Shown here: in pieces, positions 25,570 through 28,737 of the stretch
Position numbering within the stretch: the first letter of the stretch is position 1
Layout: each line of letters starts with the position of its first letter
From: Candidatus Limnocylindria bacterium
GTDB taxonomy: Bacteria > Chloroflexota > Limnocylindria > QHBO01
Reading direction: 5' to 3'
Length of the DNA stretch: 28,737 nt
Assembly (NCBI GenBank): GCA_035697465.1
Contig: DASSCW010000189.1
Location: 1 to 28,737 of the forward strand
Made by a program: the position numbers and the translations under genes
Notes under the pieces: generated by a model
Seen by the model: only the letters and a program-made list of their open reading frames with translations
Databases searched by the model: none
Told to the model about the DNA's origin: nothing

Positions 25570-25605
25570 TCGATGGGGGTGAACCGGTGGGCCCACCCCC
25601 ATCGA
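25570..25605 (-). terminator. Intergenic stem-loop between the secreted protein and the haloperoxidase-like gene
   Basis: TCGATGGGGGTG...CACCCCCATCGA, 12-bp stem with a 12-nt loop; no clear U-tract. Confidence 0.55.
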
Positions 25606-25616
25606 AGTCTGTCTGA

Positions 25617-26246
25617 TCAGCTGACGGGAGGGAAGATGGCCAGCCACCAGGACGCCGGAGTACCGACCGGCGTCGAGATCGACGCGGGCAGCAATGCCGG
25701 ATCCAGGGCGCCGTGCGGCGCGACGGCCAGGTGGACATCGGCATCCGCCAGGTCGTAGCCCATCGCAAGGGCCTGTCCCAGGGTCTCGGCGTTCGGTCCG
25801 CCGAACGTGAAGGTGTCCCTGTTGACGAACCCCTGCAGGTTCAGGTTCGCGCCACCCTCGACGTGGCCGCCCGCGTTATAGGCGCCGGCAACAACGTCGG
25901 GATCGTTCATGAGATCCGCAGGTCCGCAGACGGGGCCGGCGCACTCCTCGGGGTTAAAGAAGATGAAGACCCACAGGCTGAAGACCTCGGGATGGCCCGC
26001 GACGCCGCTGCCGGTCGGTCCCGTCGGATAGCTGTAGCTGCCCGGCTCCGGGGTCGACATTCTCAGGCTGGCAGCCACACCGTTCGGGGTGCGAAGGATT
26101 GCCGCACCGCCTGCTGCGACGACGGGCCCGGCCAGGCCCTGCCCCACAACGTTAGCCGTCTCCCAGCTGCCCGCCGCGGAGGCGGTGGCGGCCGTGAGCA
26201 CCAGGCTGATCGAGGCAATGAGGCTGGCGAGAATTCGCTTGCGCAT
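25617..26246 (-). CDS. Secreted hypothetical protein (209 aa)
   Basis: CGGAGGATCTT RBS; MRKRILASLIASISLVLTAATASA|AG signal peptide; SLWVFIFFNPEEC...CG motif. Confidence 0.75.
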   Translation of the reverse strand: MRKRILASLIASISLVLTAATASAAGSWETANVVGQGLAGPVVAAGGAAILRTPNGVAASLRMSTPEPGSYSYPTGPTGSGVAGHPEVFSLWVFIFFNPEECAGPVCGPADLMNDPDVVAGAYNAGGHVEGGANLNLQGFVNRDTFTFGGPNAETLGQALAMGYDLADADVHLAVAPHGALDPALLPASISTPVGTPASWWLAIFPPVS

Positions 26247-26372
26247 AAGATCCTCCGAAAGAGCTGAGTGGTCTTGGATCGGTGGTCGCCGGGTACCCGC
26301 CGCGGATCATCGGCCTTGACGACTACGGAACCGATCCGGCCTGCCTCGCCGTAGTGCCCCCGGAGTGGACCG

Positions 26373-28737
26373 ATGCGGAGCGCTACCCCTCGACGTGGGT
26401 CCCTTGCTGACGCAGAATTCCTCCGGTCTGGGATGAGACCGATCACGCGTCACACCGAAGTCAGCGCCGCCCTCGCTGCCTGGACGGCGGCGCCCGACCC
26501 CGTCGACGGGGACGGGCGCAACGCTGCGCCCTCGATCAGACCGATGCCATTCCGGTCCGCCGCGTTCGACGATGTCCACGGAGCCGTCGAGGCAGCGCTG
26601 CTGCTGATGGGAGCCATGCCGCACGGCGACAGCGGGGCTCCGATCGCCGTCGCCGTCGCCGTGGGCGAGGCGGAGGCTGCGCGGGCCGAAGCTGATGAGC
26701 TGGCATCGCACGCTCCGCCCAGCGCGATCCTGCTGACGCCGGCCGCCGTCGAAGCGATGGGCCATCGAATGCCGGACGGCATGGCGCTGAGGGCTGAGTC
26801 GGTGATGGCTGCGCATGGCGCAGTGACCGCCTTCTCTCTGCGAAGTGCAACCGAGATCGTCCCGCACGCGCTGCCACTCCCTGCCACGCGCCTCATCGGC
26901 CGCGGGAGGGAGCTCCGCGCGCTGCGCGACCTGCTGGCGGACCAGCGCCTCATCACCCTGGCTGGTCCGCCGGGCAGCGGCAAGACCCGGCTGGCGGTCG
27001 AGCTGGGCCGCATCGCGCTCGGAACATTCGCCGATGGTGCGTGGTTCGTCCCACTCGCGCCAATTCAGGAGGTGGCCCTGGTGGCCGACGGGGTGGCCCG
27101 AGCGCTGGACCTCTCGGAGAAGCCCGGCAGTCCCATGTCACAGGTGGTGGCGCAGCATCTCGCGCCGCGTCGGCTCCTCTTGATCATCGACAACTTCGAG
27201 CACCTGGTGGGCGGCGCCGCCGTCGTTGCGGAGTGGCTCGCGGCCGCACCCGGACTGCACGTGATCGCGACCAGCCGCGAGCCGCTGCACCTGTCGGGTG
27301 AGTGGGAATTCGAAGTGCCTCCGCTACGGGTCCCGGCTGACCCAGATGACCCGCGCGCCGCCGACGTTGAGGCGGTTCAGCTCTTCACCGAGCGCGCGCG
27401 CGCCGTCGACGCCTCATTCCAGACCGATGGGCCGACGCTGCGGGACGTCGCGCATATCTGCCGACGGCTGGATGGGCTGCCGCTGGCCGTCGAGCTCGCC
27501 GCCGCCCGTGCCAAGGCCCTTCCGGTGGCCTCCATTCTCAGTCGGTTGGAGAGCAGCATGGAGCTTCTCACCCGCGGCGCACGTGACATCCCGGAGCGCC
27601 ATCACTCTCTCCGCGCGGCGGTGTCATGGAGCCACGACCTGCTGACGCGCGAAGAGCAGGCATTCTTCCGCCGACTCGCCGCTTTCCGCGGTGGGTGGTC
27701 CCTCGATGCGGCGGATGCAGTCACCGCCGCCGAAGAGCTCGGACAGACCGCCCTCGATCTCACCGCATCTCTGCTCGACAAGAGCCTCATCCGGCGGCAT
27801 ACGGACGCCCGGAAAGAGCCGCGCTACGAGATGCTGGAGGTGATCCGCGAGTTCGCTGACGAGCAGCTCAAGTTGGCGGGCGAGGATGAGGAAACCGTGC
27901 AGCGCCATGCGACGTGGTACCGGGATCTCGCTGAACGGGCGGCGCCGATGTTGACAGGGACTGACCGCGGGGAATGGCTCGACCAGCTGGAGCGCGAGCT
28001 GGACAACCTGCGGATCGCGCTGCGCCGGGCAGTCGACCACCAGCGCGTCGAGCTGGGCCTGCGGCTGGCCGCGGCGCTTTGGAGGTTCTGGCAGATCCGT
28101 GCCCACATGACTGAGGGCAGGCAAGTCCTGGCCGAGCTGCTGGAACTCGACGCGGAGGTGGATCCTGCCATCCGCGCGCGAGCGCTATCGGCCGCTGGGA
28201 GCCTGGCCTACTGGCAGAACGACGGCGTGCCGTGCACGCAGCTCTACGAGGCCGCGCTCGAGCTCCGACGCCAGGTCGGGGACCCCGCGGAAATCGCCAG
28301 TAGCCTGTACGACCTCGGGCACGCCGTGAGCTGTGTTGCGTCCGTGAAGGACCCCGCGCGCGGAAGGCTCCTGGAGCTGGAGGCGCTCGACCTCTACCGG
28401 TCCCTTGGCAGCCGAATGGGCGAGGCCTGGCTTGTCTGGGCGCTCGGCTGCAACGCCCACTTCGCCGGCGACAACCGGTCGGCGGTCAACGATCTCAGTC
28501 AGGCGATCGACATGTTCAGGGAGCTTGCGGACCCATTCGGACTGGCCTGGGCGCTCACCATGAATGGCCTGGCATCGATGCTGAGCGGGCAGAGGGAGAG
28601 CGCAACGAAGTGTCTCCGGGAGGCGCTCCCGATCTTCGCGGAGGTCGACGATGTGTCCGGAATCGACTCCGTGCTGGAGCATCTCGCTCGGCTCTCGGCC
28701 GCAGATGGTGATCCACGTCGCGCCGTGCGCCTGGCGG
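26373..28737 (+). CDS. Putative ATPase (NB-ARC/STAND-like)-winged helix-TPR regulator with a degenerate class III cyclase-like N-terminus; 3'-truncated and absent from the ORF track
   Basis: Frame read by hand at intervals and apparently open to the window end: RLIGRGREL, LITLAGPPGSGKTRLA, LIIDNFEHL, TSREPLHLSGE, DGLPLAVELAAAR, RHHSLRAAVSWSHDLL, RYEMLEVIREFA, then TPR-like helices. Start ATG26373 (GGAG RBS) or ATG26433. Confidence 0.85.
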   Translation, partial: MRSATPRRGSLADAEFLRSGMRPITRHTEVSAALAAWTAAPDPVDGDGRNAAPSIRPMPFRSAAFDDVHGAVEAALLLMGAMPHGDSGAPIAVAVAVGEAEAARAEADELASHAPPSAILLTPAAVEAMGHRMPDGMALRAESVMAAHGAVTAFSLRSATEIVPHALPLPATRLIGRGRELRALRDLLADQRLITLAGPPGSGKTRLAVELGRIALGTFADGAWFVPLAPIQEVALVADGVARALDLSEKPGSPMSQVVAQHLAPRRLLLIIDNFEHLVGGAAVVAEWLAAAPGLHVIATSREPLHLSGEWEFEVPPLRVPADPDDPRAADVEAVQLFTERARAVDASFQTDGPTLRDVAHICRRLDGLPLAVELAAARAKALPVASILSRLESSMELLTRGARDIPERHHSLRAAVSWSHDLLTREEQAFFRRLAAFRGGWSLDAADAVTAAEELGQTALDLTASLLDKSLIRRHTDARKEPRYEMLEVIREFADEQLKLAGEDEETVQRHATWYRDLAERAAPMLTGTDRGEWLDQLERELDNLRIALRRAVDHQRVELGLRLAAALWRFWQIRAHMTEGRQVLAELLELDAEVDPAIRARALSAAGSLAYWQNDGVPCTQLYEAALELRRQVGDPAEIASSLYDLGHAVSCVASVKDPARGRLLELEALDLYRSLGSRMGEAWLVWALGCNAHFAGDNRSAVNDLSQAIDMFRELADPFGLAWALTMNGLASMLSGQRESATKCLREALPIFAEVDDVSGIDSVLEHLARLSAADGDPRRAVRLA

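Noticed and set aside
1-28737. CRISPR array, tRNA/rRNA, integrase or transposase
   Set aside because: No regularly spaced repeat-spacer units, cloverleaf/rRNA-like segments or recombinase motifs were seen, so the cysS-linked cassette cannot be called an intact mobile element.

Overview
GC-rich bacterial window. The gene style suggests Chloroflexota or Actinomycetota, but this is inference only. Left part (1-7860): a lasso-peptide (RiPP) biosynthetic cluster in two convergent operons. The + strand carries ABC ATPase (truncated by the window edge), ABC-2 permease, HPr-kinase-like kinase, a nucleotidyltransferase-like/HemK-like methyltransferase fusion, the B2 leader protease and a second paralogous fusion. 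The - strand carries a 48-aa precursor missing from the ORF track (7633-7779, MQIIYQAPEIEDLGSIADHTF|DNPGKGDKSEIVMETDKYGEFSHPFAS), the lasso cyclase and a PqqD/RRE (B1). Middle part (7860-12380): accessory secreted-protein genes, a membrane-anchored LuxR-type regulator, a 7-2-7 operator-like motif over three promoters, a duplicated promoter block, and a frameshifted relic of the cysS 3' end 2.6 kb downstream of the intact cysS. Right part: mostly core-like genes (cysS, MFS-cNMP, NUDIX, fabD-fabF-fabF, lipoprotein, M20 peptidase, Tat-exported vanadium haloperoxidase-like protein, secreted protein, and an ATPase-TPR regulator running off the right edge). All family calls come from motifs read by eye; no database searches were run.
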